Assembly: GCF_009914755.1 (NCBI RefSeq)
Contig: NC_060931.1
Length of the DNA: 64,000 nucleotides
DNA from: the human T2T-CHM13v2.0 reference genome, Homo sapiens
Reading direction: 5' to 3' (one strand)
Shown here: positions 14,021-26,622 of the stretch, piece by piece
Layout: each line of letters opens with the position of its first letter
How positions within the stretch are numbered: the stretch's first letter is position 1
The notes under the pieces: model-generated
What the model was told of the DNA's origin: nothing
The model's input: the letters and a program-made list of their open reading frames with translations, nothing else
Database searches by the model: none
Program-made: the position numbers and the translations under genes

Positions 14021-14664
14021 GCCACATCTTTTGTGAGGCATTCTGAGTATTCTAATTTTATCCTAGCATCAATTCAGGCCCTCAGAAAATTATATATATA
14101 TAGCTGTACTGGCTTGTTCTTTTCTAGAATTTTTTACTGAATCACACTTTAGTGCTATGGATTTCTTATCTAGTTTCAGTTGTATTCATTATGTAGATCC
14201 TTGTCTAGGATAACTTGTTATGAGAACTTCATCAGAGAATTTTTTTTATGTTTCAGTATCAGAGAAAGTTATGAAAAACTGTCTTGTGTTTATCTTTTAG
14301 ATGGTTGAATATTTTTTTTCTTGGGCTGCTAGAAAATCTATACTGCAGGTTTTCTGTGTTAACCTTATTCTGGATTAATTATTTTTCCTACTATGATAAT
14401 GCTTCATCTCAATTTCCCACACATTTTCTTTGGAAAAGTAAAAAATTAGTAGCTTTTTTCCCAGTATATATCACCCAACATGTTCAATGTCTTTCAGTAA
14501 AGTAATGCTTCAAATTTCAACCTACATAATTTGAATTAGAAATGAAACAAGTTTTTACAAATTTGGTGAATGCTTATGAGATAATTGGGGATTTGGGGTT
14601 TAAATAACATATTGGTACATTCATAGTTTGCTGTATTCTGAATCAGTGTTCACTAAGTATCATC

Positions 14665-14900
14665 GGTAGTGAAAAAGTGGATTGGCCTACAGAAAGAGGC
14701 AATATGATTTCATAGAAAGTGTCCTGCTCATGAAATTAGACTTACTCTAGTCCAAGCTCTGCAGATTCAGAAAGAAGTTTATCCTCTCCGTGGCTAGAAG
14801 ATAATAACACCACTACACCTATTCACCTCACAAGACTGTGTTAGGATAAATAAAGTAATGCAGTGGAAAGTCCTGTGAAAGGCACTATAGAAATACAATG
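14665..14900 (+). mobile_element. MIR (degenerate)
   Basis: ACCTCACAAGACTGTGTTAGGATAAATAAAGTAATGCA...GCACTATAGAAAT. Confidence 0.6.
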
Positions 14901-15049
14901 TGTTTATACCCATAATTTGAAGTACATGTACTCAACTACCTTGCTTCATACAGAATCATAACCATGCTCAACCTTATACTTTTAACCTATGGTTAAAGAG
15001 CTCTCAAGCAATATAAATTTATTCAGTCCATTCAGTCTCCTTTTACTAC

Positions 15050-15170
15050 CTATTAGTTATATAATATTGGGCTAGTCTCTGAGCCTCCCCATTCCTCAAT
15101 CTTCTCACAAGCTTGTGAAGAAGGATAAATAAGATAAAGCAAGTAAAAGTGTGGTACTTGCCACTATGTG
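15050..15170 (+). mobile_element. MIR fragment
   Basis: TTGGGCTAGTCTCTGAGCCTC...TTGTGAAGAAGGATAAATAAGATAA. Confidence 0.55.
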
Positions 15171-15618
15171 TGAAATACAGTAAATCTTGGCCATTATTAT
15201 TAACATTAATTCCTTCGACGTAATAGATGTTACAAATCAAAAACCTATTTCATTAAGTAAAAAATATGTACACTATGTGCAAATGGTTTTATAGAATAGC
15301 AACTGGTGGCTGCCAAGACTTTATAAACAATATTTAATGAGATTCTAGGCGCTGATTAAAATGTAATGAAAAAAGCTTTAATGTAAATATTGCCATGCTA
15401 GGTATCCTAGTCACCCAGTTTTAGTTTAATGGCGGTGGATGTAGTTGAGAGCCTTTAGTGAGGCAGCCGCTAAGTGATTGTGCTGTCTAGTATGTTTAGT
15501 CACCAAGTGCAGGATCCAGCCACATGCGACAATTCTGACAAAACACCATCCTGCAATAGTAGAGACATGTTTTGTTTGTTTGTTTGTTTGTTTTTCTCTA
15601 ACATAAAGAAGCAAATAA

Positions 15619-15893
15619 GGCTGGGTGCAGTGGCTCATGCCTGTAGTCCCAGCACTTTGGGAGGTGGAAGCCGGTGGCAGATCACTTGAGGCCAGGGGTT
15701 CGAGACCAGCCTGTCCAATATGGTGACACGCCATCTCTAAAGATACAAAAATTAGCGGGCGTGGTGGTGATCCCAGCTACTCAGGAGGCTGAGGCAGGAG
15801 AATAGCTTGAACCCAGGAGGTTTCAGGGAGCCAAGATCATGCCACTGCACTCCAGCCTGGATCATAGAGGGAGACTCTGTTTCAAAACAGAAG
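15619..15893 (+). mobile_element. Alu (old S/J) with several small deletions
   Basis: Both arms present; TSD AAGAAGCAAATA at 15606-15617 and 15894-15905. Confidence 0.95.
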
Positions 15894-17440
15894 AAGAAGC
15901 AAATAGACCAGAATGCTCTATCAGTCTATCAATTAATTATACAATATTTGAAAAAGTTTTCTTTGACAAAATGTCTTATAAAGTCAAAAAAGCACATTCG
16001 TCTTTCTTCATCATGCATCAGTGTGCATGCCTCAGCCTTTGTTCACAGAGCTCTTTGCTGCACGTGTGACCTGGTTGGAAACAAGTTACACAGATTGTAA
16101 AGACTAGTAAATATCAGGGTTTCTTGGCCTAATAAAATTAGGTTCATTTTTATCTAAAGAAAATTAAGATATACACTTAGAGTGCTCACAGTGCTACTCA
16201 AAATTTTCACTAGTCTTCTTTTTTAATACATTTATTTTATGAAAATATTTAAGAATTTTAATATCTGGTGGGATGACAATATAATCCTGATAAACACTCT
16301 TCATGCTCATATTTTATAGGAGAATAGAGAGATATCTGTTGTCAAAACTTACAGAGAAATATCAAACATTATAAGCAAACAGTTTTTGTTAAAATGATCA
16401 CAAATATGGCCAACTTGAATATCAGCAAAATATTTGATTCTATAAGAACAAATATCAAATAGGTTCAAAAGGATTCTATGAAAACCCTATTTCGTTTAGC
16501 TCAGCACTAACACAAAAATGAAAGAAAATTTTGTACCTATCAAATATTCTTTCTCAGAGCAGACGTTGGAACCCAAATAAGATGCAGTATGTGAGAGCTG
16601 ATCCAATCACATACTAATTTATCTCTTCATTGTTTCTAAGAAGTACTTGATTTAGGGTAGAACAACCTCCTGATTGATTCACCGAACAGAATTGATTTCA
16701 AAATGCACATTCAAGGAGCTAAGTAAATTTCCCTACCAGATGAGGTCGGTCTACAGACATTGTCCCTGCATATATTGGAAAAGAAGATTATCACAGAATC
16801 CTATCAAAAATAAACTTCCTGTCCCTTCCCACTGTTATTAAGACCAAGCCAAGCAGTTGACTATGATAGGAATGCCACCTCCTAGCTACAAACCGAGCTA
16901 ATAGACAGGTAAGAAAAATTCATGCAAACAATTTTGGCAGCAAGAGAGCTCCCCACCATGATGATGATTAATGATTGTTCTATGGCAATAACTTTATTGG
17001 ACTCCGAAATGGAATGATGGTAGAATATATATAAACGACCATGCATAAATAAGCAAAAAGTGTAAGCAGACCATTGTCCACACCTAGAGTACAAATATGG
17101 CCCCACAGAGAGCAAAGGGTAGTTCTCTAATCCCTTACCCACTTCATTAGAAGGAAATCAATCCTTTTGCTGGAAATCTGGCCCTTCACTCCAATTATCC
17201 CTCAAGGATAGAGAGGGTACGATTTGTCACATATTACCAGAACAGTGCTGAACCTCTACTCAGATGACCCATTGACCACCATGTCCTGCTGCCTCTGCTG
17301 GCCTGCCCAGACCAGTACAGCCTCTGCCAAACTGCCAGAGGCTTGGCGCTCATCTCTGTAACTCACCAGGGACTTATGCCTCTCATAACCAGGTAAGTCA
17401 GAGAGCAGAACTTTTGGAACTCTGATACATAAAGGTATGA

Positions 17441-17585
17441 TCCCAGGGATTTCCAAACCTCATTGAACATCAGGATCATCTGATAAACTCTTTTCAAAAT
17501 AGACTTAGAGATCTCATCTCCAACTGACCAAATATAAAGTTTTAAGAGTAGATTTCATGAAATCTGTACTTTGAACAAGTTTCTC
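17441..17585. mobile_element. MER5-type hAT-Charlie fragment
   Basis: CAGGGATTTCCAAAC...CATCAGGATCATCTG...AATCTGTACTTTGAACAAG. Confidence 0.6.
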
Positions 17586-17655
17586 ACAGTAAAGGCACAC
17601 ACTGAACGCACAAGTAGTTATTAAGTTAATTCCTAGGTAGATAGTGGAACCCCCT

Positions 17656-17954
17656 TGTCTGTAGCATTTCAGGTTGCTTTCACAAATTACCATAGACTGG
17701 GTGGCTTAAGCAACAAGCATTTATTTCTCACAGTTCTGTTGCTGTAAGTTCAGGATCAGGATGCCAGCATGGTCAAATTCTGGTAAGGACCCTCTTTCAT
17801 GTTGCAGACTCCTAACTTACTGTATCCTCACATGGTAGGGAATGGACTAGAGAACTCTCTGGAGGCTCCACTCTCTTGACCTAAATTACTGCCCAAAAGC
17901 CTCATCTATTTCAACGTGTGAATTTTGTAGAAACACAAACTTCAGTCCATAGCA
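17656..17954 (-). mobile_element. MLT1A-like ERVL-MaLR solo LTR
   Basis: ACAAATTACCATAGACTGGGTGGCTTAAGCAACAAGCATTTATTTCTCACAGTTCTG...CCTCACATGG...TTCAGTCCATAGCA. Confidence 0.9.
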
Positions 17955-18092
17955 CCCAGCATACAGATTGGCATTGGGAAATCACAAATGCCACAGCTGT
18001 TTTTTGCCTGTGGTAGAACAACAACTACTTCCTTGCCCCAAACTTACTGAGACAGCTAAAGAAGTTCTTAAGCATTCATTACGAGACTGGAA

Positions 18093-18391
<299 letters not shown>

Positions 18392-18520
18392 GAGAGAGAG
18401 AGAATGGAAATCGATGTGTCATAAGTACCTAGCATTAGCTCTACAGAGACATGTTGCCTAAGTCTCTTCCATCCCAAGCATCACATGCATCCATCTCAGT
18501 TCTACTAAAATCCATATGTA

Positions 18521-18815
18521 GGCCGGGTGTGGTGGCTCATGCTTGTAATACCAGCATTTTTTGGAGGCCGAGACGGGCAAATCACTTGAGGTCAGGAGTT
18601 CGAGACCAGCCTGGTCAACATGGTGAAACCCCATCTCTACCAATGTACAAAAATTAGCCAGGCGTGGTGGCACACACCTGTACTCCCAGCTACTCAGGAG
18701 GCTGAGACATGAGAATCACTTGAACCCAGGAGGTGGACGTTGCAGTGAGCTGAGATTGCACCACTGCACTCCAGCCTGGGCAACAAAGTGAGACTGTGCC
18801 ACCAAAAAAAAAAAA
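18521..18815 (+). mobile_element. Alu (AluS-type)
   Basis: Full Alu with poly-A at 18804-18815. Confidence 0.97.
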
Positions 18816-18933
18816 TATATATATATATATATGTGTATATATATATATATATGTGTGTGTGTGTATATATATGTATATATATGTGTATATATATGTATAT
18901 GTGTGTGTGTATATATATGTGTGTGTATATATA

Positions 18934-18977
<44 letters not shown>
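18815..18977 (+). repeat. Compound (AT)n/(GT)n microsatellite
   Basis: About 160 bp of alternating AT and GT blocks. Confidence 0.97.
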
Positions 18978-18978
<1 letters not shown>

Positions 18979-19184
18979 CAGAACTTTTAAAGAAATTACC
19001 GTGTCATTGCTAATATCTCAAATACTGCATTGGGCTTACAGATAGCTAAGTCCAAACAATCTCAATGATATTTTTAATCCCATTTTTGAGGGCCCATTGT
19101 GTAAAAATAATTGAACTTTAAAATGATGGACTGAGTTTTTCTTTAAGCTACACTGTGAGTTCCTCAAAAGGTGAAACTTTCTAT

Positions 19185-19322
19185 AAATAGCAGCCAGCAC
19201 ATAAAAGACACTCAAATAATATGAGCTAGAAAGAAGGAAGGAAAGCGGAAAGGAGGGAGGGAGGGAGGCAGGCAGGCAGGCAGGCAGGAAGGAAGGGGAA
19301 ATGGGGGAAGGGATGAGGGAGA
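19185..19322 (+). repeat. L2 terminus running into GGAA/GGGA/GGCA purine-rich repeat
   Basis: CAGCACATAAAAGACACTCAAATAATAT followed by GAAG/GGAG/GCAG units; four G-runs at 19295-19319. Confidence 0.75.
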
Positions 19323-19719
19323 AATCTCTGAGTGGATGAATGAATGACTTCATTAATGTTGACCTTTTATTTGCCGTTTTGTTAGTGTTAATGAAACCAG
19401 ACCCCAATGTTTTCAGCCTCTTTATTACTGTGATGTCAAATGAATTTTTCCAGGTGATCTTTGTTTTGATAAGGGCAACTTTGCCCTTATTTTGTTTACT
19501 TAGTTTCACTGTATTTCTCAAAAATGTAGGTAAGGATATATCCAATTTTTGTAAGAACTCTTTTATAATTATGTTAACTTTTGGGCTTTTAAAAATGAAT
19601 TAAATATTGGCCCATCACTGCCAGATTGTTACTTATATAGATAATTGTGATACCAGCCAATGTCTGCTTAAAAAGTAATAAAGCAGGAATGCATCTGCTC
19701 CAGAAATATGAGGGATCAG

Positions 19720-19785
19720 TTTGTGTAACTGTATATGAGTTAAATGTTAAGAATTTGTGTAATTGTATATGAGTTATATGTTAAG
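19720..19785 (+). repeat. Two-copy tandem duplication, period 34
   Basis: TTTGTGTAA(C/T)TGTATATGAGTTA(A/T)ATGTTAAG at 19720 and 19754. Confidence 0.95.
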
Positions 19786-19854
19786 GGTGAAACTAACATT
19801 TTATGTTAAAGTTATTTAAAAATTGTGTGTGTTGTAGAGCTTGTTATGCCAGTT

Positions 19855-19970
19855 TTTGTTAAAGGAAGGGGACATAGAAAGGTTCTTAATCTCCGTAAAG
19901 TTGTACCAATTGTATATGCCAAAGACAGATTTTGAACTCAGTGTGTTTGATCTCAAAGCATACACTCTTT
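19855..19970 (-). mobile_element. MIR fragment
   Basis: GATTTTGAACTCAGTGTGTTTGATCTCAAAGC is the reverse of the MIR 5' region. Confidence 0.6.
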
Positions 19971-20049
19971 CTAGATAAATATTATTAGGAATCTGGATCA
20001 GCATTGAGAAGAATATTCACAAATGTCTGGTAAATAAAATCTATCTAAT

Positions 20050-20885
20050 AGTACCTGATAAATATTTATCACATCCTGTTACGGTTACCATACTGTTAGT
20101 TTCCTGGGTAATTGTTGTATACTAAAAAATCAGTAAGATTCAGTGTCCACCCCAATGAAGTTCATGGTCTACATGGAAAAATAAAACAAGTGCACATGTG
20201 ATTATACTACATTGTGCTGAGATCTGACAGAAAGATAAATAATCCTCGTTAACATATTTTTACTAATTCTATGTGCGAGGCACTGTGCTGAAGAATATAT
20301 ATCGATTTCACAGGAAACTCAGAAAACTTAGACTTGAAGACACTAAGTGACTAATCTATGACTGAAGCTCAAAATCAGGACATCTATTTCTGGCACACTT
20401 AAACTTAATTACTATTTTATATTTCTTCCTGGGTTACAAAGTGGAGTACAGACTGGAATAAGGGAGATCAGTTAGGTTACTACAATAATCAATATGAAAG
20501 ATGATAAGGACCTGAGCTAGGAACGGCAGCCCTGGTGGAATTGGAAATGAATTAGACAAAAGACACTTGACAGAGAGAAATGAGCGCATTGATGTCTGAT
20601 TGGATGTAGAGGAAGCAAAGAGGGGTATTGATAAAAGATAGGGAGGAGTCAAAGATAAAAGTTTCTAGTCCAAACAAAGAATCGTCTGTGTTTTAAAAAT
20701 ATATTCCAAGAAGAAATTTATAGGGAGGAGAAATGGGTTTAATTTTTTATATGTTTCATTTAAATAAAAGATTTCATGGATTCAATAAATTAGTCTTTCT
20801 AATCAGTTAAGACTCAGGAATAAAAATAACCGAAGACATATATGGCTAGAATGTCAGCTGATATAAATGCTATCAGCTGTGGAAG
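20050..20885 (-). mobile_element. L2 fragments interrupted by a MIR fragment (~20250-20410)
   Basis: GGAGATCAGTTAGGTTACTACAATAATC...GATGATAAGGACCTGAGCTAG...GGAGTCAAAGAT, typical of antisense L2. Confidence 0.7.
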
Positions 20886-21759
20886 GACAGATATATTATT
20901 TAATTTTCCTTAATGAAATTCTGAATGGCCAATTAAAGTGCATCCCTTACAAGGGTCTTACATACTTGGGCATGCAGAACTTTCTGAACCTTAAAGAGCT
21001 CTACAATTCTAATTACACCATGACTAACAAAGATGTGGGAAACATCTTTTGGGAAAGTGAAACAACCTAAGTGATTCCCATCCTAAAGATCTTGGGAGAG
21101 TATCCCCAAATCCACTATTCTTTTTGTTTTAAATTGTATGCAGAAGAAGGCTATTTGGGTAATATACATATTTAGGAAATTAAGGCCCTAGTCAGTCTTG
21201 TTTCCTGAGTTGACATGTTATCTTAGAAAACAGTCTGTGCTAAATTGCCACAGCTGTGATTTAGGTATCACAGCATCAGCCTTCTGTCCCTAGGGTACTC
21301 TTCTTTAAGTCAAAAGTACTATCTGGGCCTGGAGTGGGAGATTTGTTTGCAGATTCTAAAAACCGCCTCCACAAGAGCATTTAGCCTCCCCTGAAAAATG
21401 TGAGTTTTCCTTCAGAGAGACACCATTAACCCAAAAAAACTAAAAAAAAAAACTAAAGAAAAACTAAAAAGAATGAAAATTAAGAACTAAGAACAATTAA
21501 TTGTTCCACTGAACAATTAAGTGGTTTCAATGAGGAAAAGTCAATTCATTCTTTATGACTTAAAATTTAATATCATTTATTTTTGTGTAAAAAATCGGTA
21601 GCATCAGTGGGAATATTAGCTCTAATCCTACAAGGTAGTTCCTTTTACTATTGAATAATGGAAATATATTACTGCTCAATGTTTAATGCACTTAAGTGGC
21701 AACTCTATATTTGTATTGTTAGATTATCATTTTATATAGGGAAGAAACATGGTTTATGT

Positions 21760-23445
21760 AGCTCTTCTTTATATAGGATTGCTAGATCATTTGATAATGG
21801 TATATTTCATTTACTAAACTGCCAAACTATTTTCCCATGGCTTCCATATTCTGCATATTCACAAGCCATGGAGGAGTTTTCCAGTTGCTTCACTCTCTTG
21901 TCACCACTTAGTATTATCAGGTCTTGGTGGGGCAGGGGGGGCGGGGCGGGTGGCATTGGTTTGTTTCATTGTGTTTTACACTTTAGACAAGTAGTTTTTC
22001 AGATTTTTCACTCATTTTAAATAATTGGATTGTTTGTTCTGTTTTTATGGTGAATAAAGTTATTTGTATTGTCTGTATACATTTCTTTATTGCATATTCT
22101 CTTGCAAATGTTTTCTCCCAATCTGTTGCTTGCATTGTTACTTTCTTAACAGTCTTTTAAAGATAAATGTTTTAATTCTTAATGAACATTTAGATAGGCA
22201 AATAATCCATCAGTTTTTATTATGTTAATTGATCATGAATTTACTGTCACATTTAAGAAATCTTTTACTAATCAAGGTTACTTTTGTCTGTGTTTTGTTT
22301 TACCAGTTTTACAGTTTTATGTTTTACATTTAGGTAGCCGATCCATTTTGAGTTAAATTTTGTGTATGATATGATGTATAGATTGAGGATCACTTTTTGG
22401 AATGTGAATGTCCAATTGTTCCAGCACTATTTGTTCAAAAGATTATCATTTTTTATTAAATTGCCTTTGCACCTTTGTAGAAAATCAGTTACACAGATAT
22501 ATATGGATCTATTTTTAAATCGTGGTTGGTTCCATTGATATATTTGTCTACTGTTTTGCCAGCACTACTGTGTCTTGAATACTGTAGCTTCATAATAGGT
22601 CTTGAAATAAGATGAATTCTCTAACCTTCTTCTTGTTCAAAATTAATTCTCTAACATTCCTCTTCTTCTTCAAATGGATTATTTGCCTATCTAAATTAAT
22701 TTTTGGAATAAAATTATTTGTCTCAAAAAAAAATCTGCTGAAATCTTTTCTAGTATTGTATTAAATTATTTGACAGGCTTGGGGAGTTGGTATTTTAATG
22801 GTACTGAGTCTTCCAGTGCACGAATTCAGTATATTTCTCCATTTATTTAGGTATTTTTTTGTTTCTTTTATTAATGAGTTTTGTGTTTGTCAACATAAAA
22901 ATCTTGCACATTTTGCTACATTTAAATTTATGCATTTTGTAATTTTGGTGCTGTTTGAATATTTTTTAAAAGAAATTCCAAGTGTTTCTTGCAAGTATAC
23001 AAAAATAAAATTAATAATTTTCATTGTGCTACCTTGTTAAACTCATTAGTTCTAATAGCTTTTTTGTAGATTTTTGACATTTTTCTATGTAGAAAATCAT
23101 AAATCTGTGAATACGGGCTATTTTATTTCTTTGTCTTTGATCTGCATGCCTTTTTATTTCCTTGCCCCATTCTACTGACCTCCAGTAAAATGATGAATAG
23201 GAGTAGTGAGTGCAGACATTTTTGCCTTATTTCTGATTACAGGAGGAACATGTTTTTCTTTCACAGTTAATTATGATGTTGACTCTAAGTTTCTTGTAGA
23301 TATTCTTTTTCTAGGTTGAGAAAATTGCCTTCTATTTCTATATTGCTGAGAGTTTTTATCATGAAAGAAAGTGAATTTTGACATTTTTCCCTGCATCTAG
23401 TAAGATTATCATATTTTCTTTTTTTAATTTAGTCTATTGAAACTG
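21760..23445 (-). mobile_element. Old L1M (L1MC/ME-like) ORF2 3' region
   Basis: AAACTGCCAAACTATTTTCC, ATCCATTTTGAGTTAAATTTTGTGTATG, CCAATTGTTCCAGCACTATTTGTT and TTGCTGAGAGTTTTTATCATGAA are antisense L1 motifs. Confidence 0.9.
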
Positions 23446-24394
23446 GATTTTTTCATTTAAAGAACTTAGTAAGAGTCCATACTGGATAATCACAAGATAA
23501 ATGTTTCATGGGAGAAGATGGAGCCTGTTTCCAGAGGTTTATACACTATATATTTATGGAATGAAATCAGACTTCAACCTTTCAATGACACTCCATAATC
23601 CATCCCTTGTATATACTTAGGAGACAGATACCAAAAAGCTTTTTTAGTCTCTGTAAGTCTTAAAGAAATTCATCCAAATATTAATTTATTAATAATTTAG
23701 TTCTGCTCTTTCAACTTCAAAATTTAGAATACTAAAATTAAACACAGTGCCATCAACTCTTAGAGTTACTAGATGTGTAAAATCTTAAAACGTGTCTCAC
23801 TAGAATAAGTTCTACTAAAACCCAACTTCTGTGGACAGAGTATTAGATATTTCAGAATGCCACATTTCCAAATGGACCTTAAACTTCATTAACTTTTAAT
23901 TTCAGTTAATCTACTAAGTGTCCATTCAAAAGAAAGCCAACAGACTGTGAAAGTAAGTTTAAAATTGATTTTTCAAAAGAAAAGGGACAAACAATGATTT
24001 GTCTAATTACCGGATGAGCATCATTGCTCATAGTAAGACATCATTTGCCTTTATTTATTAGAGATTTGGGGAAATTGATTATAAATTTCCTTGGTTTTTA
24101 ATTCTAAATAACTTCATACATGATTTTCAAAATTTGATATAATATGCTGATATAGGAAATATGTTATTGTTGTTTATGTATTATATCAATGAATGTTTGT
24201 TAACTGAACAACTCAATGAATCAGTAAATCAATGGTCATGTATAATTTTTTACTGATAAAAATATAAATACCCCATTATGTACTATACATTCCTAATTTT
24301 TATTTATTCCTAATTTTACTGCAACACTATTTAAGTTTTTTATTTGTATATTTTCCTTAGGATTCACTCTTTATCTGATGAGTCAGATAATATG

Positions 24395-24560
24395 TTTTAA
24401 TAACAGTTAATAATCACTATAAACATTTCTTAAATTTTTTTCTGTGCAAACCCTTATGCTAGGTGCTGAGAAGAAAAAGATAAATGAAACACAGTGTATA
24501 CCTTCATGGAGTTAATATGCTATTCCAGAGGGGTGATTAGATATATAAATAAGAGTTACC
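24395..24560 (-). mobile_element. L2 3' fragment
   Basis: ATGCTAGGTGCTGAG...GATAAATGAAACACAG...CCTTCATGGAGTT. Confidence 0.6.
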
Positions 24561-26449
24561 ATATTGTAAACACCTTAGGAGTTGGTACTATATTTTATTT
24601 ACTCATATTTCTGACCATTGTGCTAAACCAATGCTTACCCCAGAATGCACTAACATGCTTGATGCTGCAGTGATAGAACTCTTAAAAAACTGGGAAGGGA
24701 ACACAAGGGAGCCAATGAACAATTCTTTATATTAATAAAAAGCCTGTTCAGAGGAAATAACATTTTAACTGAATCCCACAGGTGGAAGAAAGATCGAAAG
24801 GACATTCAAAGTAGAATAGCATAAGTAAGGCGTTTTTTTTGTGCTAAGGAAAGCAGTTTTGAAGACACAGCTGACTCTATCATGTAGGTCAATGGTTGTA
24901 AAAACTGGCCATTGTTTATAAGAGTTAATCGCTGGACAGCAAATCAAGATTTAGCCTTCTCTACAGGAAGTGCAGGTGGCAGCTAAAGAAGTCTAACTCT
25001 ATGTTATGTTGCATATTTTACAACATGTTAAACTAGCATCAAATGATTTGAGAGTTGACCTTGAACTACTGTGACAGTCCTTTAGCACTGCAAAGACACC
25101 CTGACCAATTCTTTCTACCTCTGCCCACAAAAATTTGAAATTTAGTTGAAATTGTCAACTAAAAGCATAAAACTCTCTACCCACACTGAACTACACTATC
25201 CCTTAGAATATATAACCCTTTCTCACCTAGCTAATTTATAGGTTCACCTGCTCACGTGTGAGGCCAATATAGAATTCCATTCAATGATTTTTGCAATTTG
25301 ATCAGCTTGAAGATGTGGATAAAGGAAATCTTCAAAAATAAAACTGTCTAGTGAAGATAAAAGCATATAATGTAGGATCTGCAGCAGCAGCCATCATTAG
25401 CTATTGCTCTTCCCTACGAACTGAAAAAAAGCTGCAGACTTCCATACCAACTGACAGAATGATTGCTTCCATCCCAAGCCTCTGTGGTGCAGATGTAAAT
25501 AGTAAAGTCATGTAAATAGCATTAAGGGAAAATTTCAACATTCTCTACATTTATCACATTTCCTCATTTTAGAGAATTCATGAGTATTAAATGGGTTATT
25601 ATGAAAAATGTTCATTCTCAGTGATCATCAGAGTGTGGCGAAATTCATGGTGATGAGATTAATGTCTGTTACCTCTGTTTTTTCCACAAGTGCACCACTG
25701 AGCTTTAGTGTACATTTTTCTTGTTTGTTTTCCTCTTTGCCATTCCACTCCAGTCACACAGGCTTCCTGCAATCATCTATTCAATATGCCTGGACAGAGG
25801 TATATGATGTCCAGTTTTCTATGACCCAACGTCAGCATTGGGAAACCAGTTATGGCGATGCTGAGCAGAGAGAGGGATTCATGCAGGTAACCCAGATTAG
25901 GACACCCCCTTTCAACTACAGCAATAAAACTAAAATGTTTTATAGTATTTGGAGTTTTTCCTTAAAATTATAGAGTATCAATTTATAACCTAAAATATTC
26001 AAAAGAAATGTGAAGAGAATCTCCTTTAGAAATGTATTCAGCCTCAAGAAATAACTACTTCAAATCTCTTGAGGATTGAATGTCCAAACTTCAAAAAGAC
26101 ATTGGCTGAGACTGTTACATAGTTTTCACTTTCTTCTCCAGTTGTTTCTGTGGATACATTTTAAACATATTCTTGAAATAAAGTAGAGAAGATAGCAATA
26201 AAGACTCACATACAGAAGCAGTTCGTGAGAGTAAATGTTTATTCTTAGAAATCTATCGAAATGTTCCCTTCTACTCCTGGGACAAAGGTGAGAAGGAACT
26301 CAACACAAATTGTGTGAGGAATTCAATTATTAAACTAGATGGAAATGCTTTAATACAGCACAATATTTCCTGGAAAAATATTATGTAGCCAACTTATGGA
26401 GCCTGATATAATAGAAATAACACTACTAAATAACACAAGTAAACGGAAT

Positions 26450-26622
26450 GAAAAGATCTACCTTACTATACTCATTGACATGTGACCTATTAGAAGTTAC
26501 TTAAATCTCTGATTCTTCATCTTTTCATTTATAAAATTAAATCATAGTAGAACATAGTTTGCTATTTCATGGATTTCTATGAAGCTCAAATATAGTAGTA
26601 ATAAATGTGGAAGCAACTATAA
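26450..26622 (+). mobile_element. MIR
   Basis: ATGTGACC...AAGTTACTTAAATCTCTGA...TTTTCATTTATAAAAT. Confidence 0.7.

Noticed and set aside
18694-19045. YI/CV-repeat ORFs
   Set aside because: Read-through of the AT/GT microsatellite.
19036-19545. Longest ORF in the track (169 aa)
   Set aside because: It crosses a simple repeat and an L2 end; no recognisable domain or exon structure.
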